Source: an uncultured Nitrososphaerota archaeon
GTDB lineage: Archaea > Thermoproteota > Nitrososphaeria > Nitrososphaerales > Nitrosopumilaceae
DNA length: 64,000 bases
NCBI GenBank assembly: GCA_963701075.1
Contig: OY969559.1
Location: forward strand, 1,376,001 to 1,440,000
Direction of reading: 5' to 3'
The translations under genes and the position numbers were made by a program. Below are positions 42,912-52,433 of the stretch, one piece after another. The notes beneath the pieces are model-generated. The model was not told where the DNA came from. It ran no database searches and saw only the letters and a program-made list of their open reading frames with translations. The number at the start of each line of letters is the position of its first letter. The stretch's first letter is position 1.

Positions 42912-43463
42912 CTAGAGTATCAAAACAGCAGCTGAAAAGACCGTTGTCCATCTGCCCTGTGGATCTCCGACAGCACTCTGAGTTATGTTTCTTGTTTTGT
43001 ATATTTGGCCTGATATTTTCCACTGTTGCTTTTTTTCATCCCAACTCTTGTTTACGTCAAATTCTATCCCCAGTGAGGATGCCAGCATCTGAGCTGCAAT
43101 GTCTTCTGCATATTCTCCGGCTTCCTTTTCTGTTTCACCAAATGAGTGATATTCAGAGAGATACCCGTACTTTGTATTGTCCTTAGGCGCTGCAATTCCT
43201 ACTGATGAAGCCAAAAGCCTATGCGGCTCATTGGTGTCATTTCTTGCATAGATTACAAACTGTACGCTTCCTGGCCTTATCAATTTAAGACCCTCTGCTT
43301 TGGAGACCAGTTTTGCACCAGGTGGAAAAATACTTGAAATTAGGACAATATTAGTGCCTGCAATTCCAGCATCACGTAATGCATACTCAAAGCTTGTCAG
43401 CCTATCAGGATGTACTCCCTTACCTCTGGTAAGGAATAGCTTTTTTGCAACAAGGTCTAACAC
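42912..43463 (-). CDS. pdaD: Pyruvoyl-dependent arginine decarboxylase
   Basis: SFEYALRDAGI...N.V..SSI.PP self-cleavage site, YGYLSE. Confidence 0.9.
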   Translation of the reverse strand: MLDLVAKKLFLTRGKGVHPDRLTSFEYALRDAGIAGTNIVLISSIFPPGAKLVSKAEGLKLIRPGSVQFVIYARNDTNEPHRLLASSVGIAAPKDNTKYGYLSEYHSFGETEKEAGEYAEDIAAQMLASSLGIEFDVNKSWDEKKQQWKISGQIYKTRNITQSAVGDPQGRWTTVFSAAVLIL

Positions 43464-43514
43464 GATTCCATTCTAATTTCAGATCTTTAAAAATTTATTG
43501 AAAACAAGGAAAAA

Positions 43515-43973
43515 TCAATTCATGGACTGTAATGCCTGTATGATTTCTTGTCCATGCGACTCTACATCTACATCCCGAAATATCTTGGCGATTTTTCCGT
43601 CTTTATCTATGATAAAGGTGGACCTCTTCGCAAGTCCTGCCAAATTCAGTCCAGCATAGATCTTGCATGTAGACTTGGCAGTATCACTCAGATGCAAATA
43701 GGGAACCTTGTATTCGTTGACAAACTTCTGCTGGTCTTCAACTGTGTCTATCGATATTGCAAAAAGCTCAGCATTTTGTTCTACAATCTTAGGATAAGCA
43801 CGTATGGTGGCTTCAGCCATCTGGAAGATTTTCTTTGATGGGCAGGCAAATAGATGGTTTTTTGGGTAAAAACAGAGTACAACGTTTTTTCTTCCTTGAA
43901 AAGAGCCTAGTTTTATAACATTACCATCATTTGCAACAAGTTCAAAATCAGGCGCAGAATCTCCTTCTTTCAC
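43515..43973 (-). CDS. Peroxiredoxin, BCP/PrxQ-like
   Basis: GDSAPDF, FYPK.....[15 protein letters not shown]. Confidence 0.82.
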   Translation of the reverse strand: MKEGDSAPDFELVANDGNVIKLGSFQGRKNVVLCFYPKNHLFACPSKKIFQMAEATIRAYPKIVEQNAELFAISIDTVEDQQKFVNEYKVPYLHLSDTAKSTCKIYAGLNLAGLAKRSTFIIDKDGKIAKIFRDVDVESHGQEIIQALQSMN

Positions 43974-44031
43974 ACATATGGTTTTACATTATAGGTTTAT
44001 GACTATTTTGTATTTGGATAAAATATGAAAC

Positions 44032-44574
44032 CTAGATTAGATATGACTTTTTGAAGGTCTTTTGATAGAGTTTTACTGCTCCGATCACGACCTTTTTTGC
44101 ACTTTCAACGTTCTTCCAGCCTACGATCTCTACTTTTTTTCCCTCTAGTTGTTTGTAAACCTGAAAGAAGTGAGCTATTTCCTTTAGGTGATGTTTTTCT
44201 AGATCAGAGATATCTTTCAGGCCAGCATATCTTGGATCATCTTTTGCTACGCAGAGAATCTTGTTGTCCATCTGGTTTGAATCTTTCATTCGCAGCAAAC
44301 CAATCGGTCTTGCCTCTATTAGGATTCCAGGATAAGTAGGATTTGTAACTAAAACTAGTGCGTCCAGTGGATCACCGTCTTCAGCATAAGTTTGTGGAAT
44401 GATACCATAGTCTCCAGGATAATATAACGGGGAAAAAAGAACTCTGTCTAGTTTGATAATGCCATTTTTTTTATCATACTCATACTTGTTCTGCGAACCT
44501 TTCGGTATCTCCACTATTACATTTAGAATTGACGGGATTTTTGGACCTGTTTCAATATCATGCCACAAATCCAT
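44032..44574 (-). CDS. ppa: Inorganic pyrophosphatase, family I
   Basis: EIPKGS.NKYEY, YP.DYG..PQT...DGDPLD, FF..YK.LEGK. Confidence 0.95.
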   Translation of the reverse strand: MDLWHDIETGPKIPSILNVIVEIPKGSQNKYEYDKKNGIIKLDRVLFSPLYYPGDYGIIPQTYAEDGDPLDALVLVTNPTYPGILIEARPIGLLRMKDSNQMDNKILCVAKDDPRYAGLKDISDLEKHHLKEIAHFFQVYKQLEGKKVEIVGWKNVESAKKVVIGAVKLYQKTFKKSYLI

Positions 44575-44802
44575 AATGAATACTTTCAGAAAAAAAGCCT
44601 AATTTAATTGCCATCTAGCAAAAATGGGCTTTGGTATCATCAATCTTTTTTTTGACTTTTCAATTCATGGCCATTATTTTTAGTCATTAGATCTCAAATT
44701 TGAGATAAAATATATCACCTATTAAAAAATATTCAAATAATTACGCAGTATCAAATCAGAGAATACAAATAAGAAAGAATTCAACGTGATTTGAGATAGA
44801 AT

Positions 44803-45846
44803 ATGAAAGCAGCATATGTAAAAGGACCATCAAATGTGGAGATCAAAAATGTTGAGAGGCCACAAATAGGATATAATGACATCATAGTAACGATGAGATC
44901 TTGCGGGGTATGCGGATCAGATCTGGAAAAAATCTATGGTCAATACAGTCAGCCTTCCATGAGGCTTGGGCATGAGCCATCAGGAATAGTCTCCGAGACA
45001 GGATCCAACGTGAAAGAATTCAAAAAAGGAGATAGAGTTTTTGTACATCATCATGTACCATGTTACTCTTGTCACTTTTGCTTACATGGAAATGAAACAA
45101 TGTGTCAAAAGTATTCCGAAACAAATCTTAGTCCATGTGGTCTTGCAGAGGAATTTCTTGTCCCAGACTGGAATGTTTCCCATGGCGGAGTGATAAAGTT
45201 ACCAGACCATGTTAGCTTCGACGAGGCTTCTATGATAGAACCACTTGCGTGTTGTGTTAGAGCATGGAGTAAAATCAAATTCAAGCAAGGAGACTCGGTT
45301 GCAATTCTTGGTGCAGGGCCTACTGGTATGATGCATGTAATGTTAAGCAAGATTTTTGGTATGAAAGATATTTTTTGTTTTGATATAAACAACTTTAGAT
45401 TAAGTTTTGCCAAGCAATTTGGAATAACAGAATCTATTCTTTCTACGGATCCTAATGCACATCAAAAAATTCTTGCCAGTACACAGAATAGAGGAGTAGA
45501 CGTCGTAATAGTGTCAACAGGAAGCCTAAACGCTATTGCACAGTCGATAGAGATTGTCAGAAAAGGCGGAACCGTTGTCCTTTTCGGAGTACCATCAAAA
45601 GATGCAAAGATGTCTATAGATATCAGCAAAGTATACTCAAAGGAGATTACCATAACACCAAGTTATGCAGCATCTGAGACTGATACAAATGTGGCATTCA
45701 AACTAATAGAAGAAAAAAAAATAGATGTGAGTAAATTGATTACACATAGATTCGATCTTTCCGAATCCGCAAAAGCACTTGAATGCGCTCACCTGGGAAA
45801 TGACTCAATGAAGATAATTGTAACAAATTCAGAAAGGCTTAACTAA
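44803..45846 (+). CDS. Zn-dependent alcohol dehydrogenase (MDR, sorbitol/threonine dehydrogenase-like)
   Basis: CGSD, GHE, C..C..C.......C, EPLAC, GAGPTG. Confidence 0.9.
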   Translation: MKAAYVKGPSNVEIKNVERPQIGYNDIIVTMRSCGVCGSDLEKIYGQYSQPSMRLGHEPSGIVSETGSNVKEFKKGDRVFVHHHVPCYSCHFCLHGNETMCQKYSETNLSPCGLAEEFLVPDWNVSHGGVIKLPDHVSFDEASMIEPLACCVRAWSKIKFKQGDSVAILGAGPTGMMHVMLSKIFGMKDIFCFDINNFRLSFAKQFGITESILSTDPNAHQKILASTQNRGVDVVIVSTGSLNAIAQSIEIVRKGGTVVLFGVPSKDAKMSIDISKVYSKEITITPSYAASETDTNVAFKLIEEKKIDVSKLITHRFDLSESAKALECAHLGNDSMKIIVTNSERLN

Positions 45847-45856
45847 GGCAAATTTT

Positions 45857-46702
45857 TTGGAAGAAGATATGGACTGGGGATTAAAAAATCGCCTTGCGCG
45901 GATAATAAAACCTCATGACAAACGAGGAGTAATGTTGGCAGTAGACCATGGTTATTTCCTAGGTCCTACAGAAAGACTCGAGGAGCCAAGAAAGACCATT
46001 GCTCCATTGTTGCCTCATGCAGACTCGTTAATGCTAACACGTGGTGTTCTAAGAACATCGGTAGATGCTACATATCCAGTACCAGTAGTGCTCAGAGTTT
46101 CAGGTGGCTCTAGCATAATTGGCAAGGATTTGTCAAATGAAAAGATAACAACATCGATAAAAGACGCAATCAAGTTGAATGTATCAGCACTTGCAATGTC
46201 AATATTTGTAGGTGCCCCCCACGAACATGAATCTCTTGTAAGCCTTGGCAATTTAGTAAACGAAGGCGAAGAGTATGGAATACCAGTTCTTGCAGTTACT
46301 GCTGTAGGAAAAGAATTAGAAAAGCGAGACGCTCGATATTTGGGGCTTGCATGTAGAATAGCTGCTGAATTCGGAGCACATTTAGTTAAGACATATTATT
46401 GCGAGAATTTTGATAAAGTTGTAAGGGCTTGTCCTGTGCCAGTGATAATTGCAGGAGGACCAAAATTAGCAACAGAATTAGATGCGCTAAAACTTACTTT
46501 TGACGCCATACAATCAGGCGCTGCAGGAGTAGACATGGGAAGAAACATTTGGCAATCAGATTACCCGGTTGCAATGATTAAAGCTGTAAAAGCAATTGTA
46601 CATCAAAATGCAACAGTAAAGGAAGCCCATGAAATGTTCAATATGCTAAAGGGAACCAAAAAACCAGTTAAACCGGTCATTAGATCTAATCAGAAATCTT
46701 AG
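45857..46702 (+). CDS. lsrF: LsrF-like class I aldolase/thiolase
   Basis: MDWGLKNRL, LAVDHGYF.GPT, VKTYYC, PVIIAGG, GVDMGRNIWQ. Confidence 0.82.
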   Translation: MEEDMDWGLKNRLARIIKPHDKRGVMLAVDHGYFLGPTERLEEPRKTIAPLLPHADSLMLTRGVLRTSVDATYPVPVVLRVSGGSSIIGKDLSNEKITTSIKDAIKLNVSALAMSIFVGAPHEHESLVSLGNLVNEGEEYGIPVLAVTAVGKELEKRDARYLGLACRIAAEFGAHLVKTYYCENFDKVVRACPVPVIIAGGPKLATELDALKLTFDAIQSGAAGVDMGRNIWQSDYPVAMIKAVKAIVHQNATVKEAHEMFNMLKGTKKPVKPVIRSNQKS

Positions 46703-47138
46703 ACAAGTGCACGTGTACAATCTTCCATTTTTGTGACTTGACTAGAACAAATGTTCCTCTGCTATCCATTGATAGATGTTGGCCTCTAAAGCTATAATTA
46801 TCGACTATCATTCCTGTTTGTCTTATAGTAAAAGTTACCACCGCGCAGTTATCAAATATGTCCACTCGTGTATTTTTAATTTCATGTTCATAGTCAGATA
46901 TACTGACAAATCTTAGCTGCTGCAATGCAATAGTAGTAGCATAGTCTTTCAAGTCAAATGGAGGAACATCGCCATAACTTGAAAATCTCGGATCATCAAG
47001 CTGGATTGCACTTAGGGGAGCCAAGTTCTTTGTTTTACCAGAATCAAAGAAAGTTGCAATTACGTCTATTATCTCGTCTTTGTCTCCCAAAATCGATCTT
47101 GATTGAGATAATTCTAGTTTAAGTCTTGTGAAACGCAA
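46686..47138 (-). CDS. NTF2/SnoaL-like domain protein
   Basis: RGTFVLVK...WKIVHVHLS; start uncertain. Confidence 0.75.
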   Translation of the reverse strand: MRFTRLKLELSQSRSILGDKDEIIDVIATFFDSGKTKNLAPLSAIQLDDPRFSSYGDVPPFDLKDYATTIALQQLRFVSISDYEHEIKNTRVDIFDNCAVVTFTIRQTGMIVDNYSFRGQHLSMDSRGTFVLVKSQKWKIVHVHLSKISD

Positions 47139-47219
47139 GTCAAATCTGTCTCTGGTATTGAAATATTCACGGGGCGATAGCGCGTTTTCTAATAATTTTG
47201 TTCAATTTCACTAGTAATA

Positions 47220-47227
47220 TTTATAAA
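47220..47227 (+). promoter_or_regulatory. Archaeal TATA box of the ilvB operon
   Basis: TTTATAAA about 31 nt before the leader ATG. Confidence 0.55.
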
Positions 47228-47258
47228 TTATTTCATATGAAAAATCATAGGGACTAAA

Positions 47259-47321
47259 ATGAAGTTAGGAGGCTCGGCAAGCATTTCTGGTATTCTGCTG
47301 CTAGTCGACCTTATGCTGTAG
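47259..47321 (+). CDS. Putative ilv/leu operon leader peptide MKLGGSASISGILLLVDLML
   Basis: 9 of 20 codons are Ile/Leu/Val, including a consecutive ILLLV run; overlaps alternative hairpins; ends 32 nt before ilvB. Confidence 0.6.
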   Translation: MKLGGSASISGILLLVDLML

Positions 47322-47353
47322 GCTACAGCAAGTTAGTCGGAGTTAGAAAAATT

Positions 47354-49042
47354 ATGGAAAAAATGTCAGGTGCTAGATCTTTAATGGTTGCCCTCGAGAA
47401 AGAGGGTGCAAACATAGTCTTTGGACTACCCGGAGGAGCAAATCTTCCAATTTACGATGAGCTCTACAAGAGCAACATCAGACACATTCTTGTTCGACAT
47501 GAACAATCTGCATCACATATGGCAGACGGTTTTGGCAGAGTCAGCAGAAGACCAGGAGTATGTTTTGCAACTTCAGGCCCAGGGGCAACAAATATTGTAA
47601 CAGGCATTGCAACTGCTCAGGCAGATTCGTCCCCAATGATTGCAATTACTGGACAAGTTCCAACAAAAATGATTGGAAGAGACGCTTTTCAGGAAAGCGA
47701 CATAATTGGAATTTCAAATCCCATAGTAAAATATGCATTTCAACCCATGACAGCAGCAGAAGTTCCCGAAGTAGTAAAAAAGGCATTTTACATTTCATCC
47801 ACCGGCAGACCAGGTCCAGTGCTAATTGACATTCCAAAAGATGTTCAACAAAACGAAGCAGAGATTACATTTCCTTCAGAAGTAAAGATAAGAGGATATC
47901 ATCCATGGGTAGATCCCGACATTAGAGAAATCGAGCGAGCCATAGATATGTTACTTGCTTCTGAAAAGCCAGTAATCTTGGCAGGAGGCGGAGTGATAAT
48001 TTCAGGAGCTTTTGCAGAACTTCAATCAATAGCAGAATTACTCATGATTCCAGTAGTAACAACATTCAAAGGAAAAGGTTCGTTTCCAGAAAATCACCCT
48101 CTTTCCCTAGGACCCATAGGAATGCACGGTCATGCAGAAGCTAACAAGATCATGGTAGAAGCTGATTGCGTGCTTGCATGTGGTTCTAGGTTTTCAGATA
48201 GATCTGTTGGAACGTTTGAAGAATTTGAAAGAAATCTTAAGATAATACACATGGATGTAGACCCAGCCGAGATAGGAAAGAACCAGACTACTCACATAGC
48301 AGTAGTAGGTGACATAAAGGCCTCCCTTAGGATAATGGTAAAAATGCTAATCCAGAAAGCCATCAAGCGGGCCGGAGACAATCCATGGCTAAAACGTGTC
48401 AATGAGACAAGAGAATACTTTAGACAGAATCTAAAACTTCATTCACACCCATTAGGAGCTGCAAAGGTTCTAAGAAAATTAAGAGAAGTGCTTCCCCCGC
48501 AATCAATTGTAACAACTGAAGTAGGCCAACATCAGATGTGGGCATCGTTATTTTTTGATGTAATACATCCTGGAACTTTCTTTAGTTCCACCGGTCTTGG
48601 CACAATGGGGTGGGGATTTCCAGCTGCGATTGGTGCCAAAGCTGCAAGACCAGATGTTCCAGTAGTGGATATAGCAGGAGAGGGAAGTTTCAACATGACT
48701 GAAAATTCACTTGCGGTCTCAGTTCTAGATGACTTGCCTGTGATAGTATTTTTGTTAAACAACTTTTCACTTGGAATGGTTGCCCAGTGGCAGAGAACAT
48801 TCTACGACAGACGCATGATTGGAATAGACCTTAAAAATTGTCCAGACTATGTCAAGTCAGCTGAATCTTACGGAGCTCAGGGCATAAGAGCCCAAAGCAT
48901 AGACGAGATTGGAAAGGCAGTTCAGACAGCGCTTAAAAGCAATATAGCGACAGTCATAGACATTCCAATTGATCCTCAAGAGGACGTCTTACCATTTGTT
49001 GCTCCTGGAACATCTCTCAAAGACATGATTTTACCATCCTAG
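47354..49042 (+). CDS. ilvB: Acetolactate synthase, large subunit
   Basis: FGLPGG, RHEQ, TSGPGATN, DAFQE, GRPGPV, VGQHQMW, GLGTMG.G.PAAIG. Confidence 0.96.
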   Translation: MEKMSGARSLMVALEKEGANIVFGLPGGANLPIYDELYKSNIRHILVRHEQSASHMADGFGRVSRRPGVCFATSGPGATNIVTGIATAQADSSPMIAITGQVPTKMIGRDAFQESDIIGISNPIVKYAFQPMTAAEVPEVVKKAFYISSTGRPGPVLIDIPKDVQQNEAEITFPSEVKIRGYHPWVDPDIREIERAIDMLLASEKPVILAGGGVIISGAFAELQSIAELLMIPVVTTFKGKGSFPENHPLSLGPIGMHGHAEANKIMVEADCVLACGSRFSDRSVGTFEEFERNLKIIHMDVDPAEIGKNQTTHIAVVGDIKASLRIMVKMLIQKAIKRAGDNPWLKRVNETREYFRQNLKLHSHPLGAAKVLRKLREVLPPQSIVTTEVGQHQMWASLFFDVIHPGTFFSSTGLGTMGWGFPAAIGAKAARPDVPVVDIAGEGSFNMTENSLAVSVLDDLPVIVFLLNNFSLGMVAQWQRTFYDRRMIGIDLKNCPDYVKSAESYGAQGIRAQSIDEIGKAVQTALKSNIATVIDIPIDPQEDVLPFVAPGTSLKDMILPS

Positions 49043-49050
49043 TGATACCC

Positions 49051-49542
49051 ATGTGGTCTATAATTTCCGTACTTGTAGAAAATAAACCCGGAGTACTATT
49101 CAAAGTCACTAATCTCTTCAGATCAAGAAATTACAACATAGATAGCATATCTGTTGGCATAACAGAGAATCCAGAGTTTTCCAGGATGACCATCACAACA
49201 TCAGCTGACGAGAAACAACTCAATCAAATAATCAAACAACTTGACAAGATGATAGATACTGTAGAGGTAAAACTATTAGATGAGAAAAAGAGCATATACC
49301 GCGAACTGGTATTAATGAAGATAAAAATAACAAAACCATCAGACATAATGGAAGTAACTGATCTTGCAAATGCTTTCAAATGTAATGTTCACGATGTACG
49401 AAAATCATCAATTATTGTTGAAATTACAGCAACTCCTGACAGGATCAATGCATTTGAAGATCTTGTGAGAGGATATGGCATACTTGAGATAGCAAGAACC
49501 GGAATGTGTGCACTTGAGAGAGGAGTAGGCAATGAAAGTTAG
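49051..49542 (+). CDS. ilvN: Acetolactate synthase, small regulatory subunit
   Basis: VENKPGVL..V..LF..R.YNIDS, RELVLMK, EIARTG; alternative start at 49042. Confidence 0.94.
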   Translation: MWSIISVLVENKPGVLFKVTNLFRSRNYNIDSISVGITENPEFSRMTITTSADEKQLNQIIKQLDKMIDTVEVKLLDEKKSIYRELVLMKIKITKPSDIMEVTDLANAFKCNVHDVRKSSIIVEITATPDRINAFEDLVRGYGILEIARTGMCALERGVGNES

Positions 49543-51050
49543 AATTTTTGATACCACTTTAAGAGACGGCGAACAAACGCCGGGCATTGCTCTAACCCCA
49601 GAGCAAAAACTTGCAATTGCTCAAAAGTTAGATGAATTGGGTGTGGATGCAATAGAAGCAGGCTTTCCAATAATCTCCGATGGCGAAAGAAAAGCAGTAA
49701 AGGACATAGCTCATGCGGGCCTTAAAGCAGAGATTTGCGGTTTGGCAAGAACTGAAAAAAAAGACATTGATGCTGCAGTAGCAGCCGGGTTAAAATACAT
49801 ACACACATTCATTGCAACGTCTGACATTCACCTAAAATACAAACTCAAACTCACACGTGAACAGGCAGTTGCAAAAGCAGTGGAAGCAGTAGAGTATGCA
49901 AAATCACTTGGATTGCAAGTGGAATTTTCTGCAGAAGATGCAACCAGAACTGATAGAGAATTCCTCAAAAAAGTTTTCAGAGCAGTTACAGAGGCCGGCA
50001 CTGACAGAATAGACATACCAGACACTGTTGGCTATTCAACCCCCCAATATATCGCCGAGATTACAAAGGATACAATAGATGCCACTCATTTGCCCGTCAG
50101 CGTTCATTGCCACAATGACTTTGGATTAGCTGTAGCAAATGCGATATCTGCAATTCAAGCAGGTGCACAGTGTGCACATGTTACAATAAATGGCATTGGA
50201 GAGAGAGCTGGCAATGCTTCACTTGAAGAATTTGTCATGGCACTACAATGTCTACAATTTGACAAAAAGTTTGAGACAAATATCAATACCAAGCTTCTCT
50301 ATGAGACATCACGCTACGTTTCAAAAATTGTTGGAGTTCAAGTCCAACCAAACAAGGCCATAGTTGGAGAAAATGCCTTTGGACATGAATCTGGAATTCA
50401 CACACATGGTGTATTGAGTAACCCATTAACGTATGAGCCGATTAGCCCAGAACTTGTAGGTAGGACACGCTGGTTCCAGGTAGGAAAACACGCTGGGGCA
50501 CACGGTGTTGCTGCAATGTTAGAAGAATACGGCATTCAACCGTCAAAGGAGCAGACACATGAGATCCTAGAGAGGATCAAGAAATTGGGAGACCAAGGAA
50601 AACATGTAACAGATGTGGAGTTGCTATCAATATCAGGCGAAGTAATGCATCAGGAAGGATTGAAAAGACTAGTACACCTAACAGGATTTTCTGTGTCTAC
50701 TGGAATGGGCAATATGCCGTATGCATTTGTCAAGTTAAACATAGAGGGAAAAGACTTCATAGGAACAGATTATGGTGTTGGACCTGTAGATGCATCAATC
50801 AATGCAATACAAAAGATTACAGGCGAAATTGACAAAGTTAGGATAAAAGAATACAAGTCTAGATTCAATTTCTGGCGGATCAGAGGCGTTATGCGAAGTA
50901 ACAATCAAGGTAGAGGACGTATATGGAAACCAAGCTTCTGCAAAATCCATTGGTGAAGATATCGTAATCACCAGCGTTCAAGCCATGATTGAGGGCATAA
51001 ACAGAATAATGCTCAAAAAAATTCTCAAACAAAAAAACTTGGGACACTAG
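49532..51050 (+). CDS. leuA: 2-isopropylmalate synthase/citramalate synthase family protein, with one extra T at 50858 (probable sequencing error)
   Basis: DTTLRDGEQ, HCHNDFGLA, GIGERAGN, HESGIH, G.GPVDA; repaired C-terminus EYKLDSISGGSEALCEV...; stop abuts leuB. Confidence 0.87.
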
Positions 51051-52067
51051 ATGTATAAGATATCCCTCATAACTGGAGACGGCATAGGTCCTGAACTATC
51101 AGAATCTGTTACAGATATGCTACACGCTATAAGCGACAAGATTGGGTTAAAGTTAGAAATCAATACTGTTGAAGCCGGCGATGGTGCATTAAAAAAAACA
51201 GGCAAGGCGCTTCCTGATTCAACTTTTGATACAATAAAAAAATCTGATGCATGTCTAAAAGCCCCAGTAGGAGAAAGTGCGGCAGATGTGATTGTGTTTC
51301 TACGAAGAGCATTGGATCTTTATGCCAACATAAGACCGGCAAAATCATATCCCAACATGCCATCCCTTAAAGAAAACATTGATCTGGTCATAGTAAGAGA
51401 AAACACAGAAGATCTCTACACAGGAATGGAGTTCGATATTGGCAATTCTGCAGTTGCATTAAGAACCATATCTGAATACGCATCAAAACGCATTGCAAAA
51501 TACGCTTGTATTACTGCAGGCCAAAGAAATGGACAAAGAAAAGTAACTTGCGTTCACAAATCAAATGTTATGAGAAAAACAGATGGCCTTTTTGCAAGAT
51601 CATGTGCTCAGGTAGCAAATGAATTCCAAGATATCATGTTTGAACAGATGTATGTGGACGCATGTGCCATGAACCTCATAAGACAGCCAGAATCTTTTGA
51701 TGTCATAGTGACAACTAACTTGTTTGGAGACATCCTATCTGACGAAGCAGCCCAAGTGGTAGGTGGGCTTGGGATGGCACCAGCAGTGAACATAGGAGAC
51801 AGTTTTGCCTTGTTTGAGCCTGTTCACGGAGCAGCCTTTGACATTGCTGGAAAGCAGATTGCCAATCCATCTTCTTTTATCTTATCTGCAAAAATGATGT
51901 TTGAATGGCTAGGTATGAAAAACAACGACTCGGCATCTTTTGCAGTAGCAAAAAAGATAGAAGAAGCTGTCTATAGCGTTGTAAGCGAAGGTATCAAGAC
52001 AAAAGACATTGGTGGAGACAAAACCACCAAAGAGTTCACCCAACAGGTAATCTCAAAACTTATTTGA
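51051..52067 (+). CDS. leuB: 3-isopropylmalate dehydrogenase family protein
   Basis: GDGIGPE, LYANIRP, RENTE..Y, HKSNV, NLFGDILSD, FEPVHG. Confidence 0.88.
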   Translation: MYKISLITGDGIGPELSESVTDMLHAISDKIGLKLEINTVEAGDGALKKTGKALPDSTFDTIKKSDACLKAPVGESAADVIVFLRRALDLYANIRPAKSYPNMPSLKENIDLVIVRENTEDLYTGMEFDIGNSAVALRTISEYASKRIAKYACITAGQRNGQRKVTCVHKSNVMRKTDGLFARSCAQVANEFQDIMFEQMYVDACAMNLIRQPESFDVIVTTNLFGDILSDEAAQVVGGLGMAPAVNIGDSFALFEPVHGAAFDIAGKQIANPSSFILSAKMMFEWLGMKNNDSASFAVAKKIEEAVYSVVSEGIKTKDIGGDKTTKEFTQQVISKLI

Positions 52068-52401
52068 GATCTGATACTGGTGGCTCTCGTGACCAAAAGA
52101 ACATTGCAAAGCCAATCGGTATCATGATAGTTATTGCCACGCCAAAACACACCCAATAGAAAGTTGGATCAATTCCCTTGATTAGAGGTACTGGAAATAC
52201 AGTATATGCCCACACAAAGGCGATGAACCCTAGGATGACTTTATTTCGCTTAAAAACTCGCCATCCAAGTTTTCGTTTTGTGATATAGCATTTCTTGCAA
52301 CGTGTCCTGTCATCAGTCATACAAGAATTACAGCAATGCTTATCACAAAAGTAACATGTATGATCACCATAACCTGAGCCGCAAAAGTCACACTGTTGCA
52401 T
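52060..52401 (-). CDS. Cys-rich membrane protein, hypothetical
   Basis: Four CxxC-type pairs followed by two transmembrane segments. Confidence 0.7.
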   Translation of the reverse strand: MQQCDFCGSGYGDHTCYFCDKHCCNSCMTDDRTRCKKCYITKRKLGWRVFKRNKVILGFIAFVWAYTVFPVPLIKGIDPTFYWVCFGVAITIMIPIGFAMFFWSREPPVSDLK

Positions 52402-52433
52402 AAATAATTGTCGTGAGGTCTGGATTTATCTTT

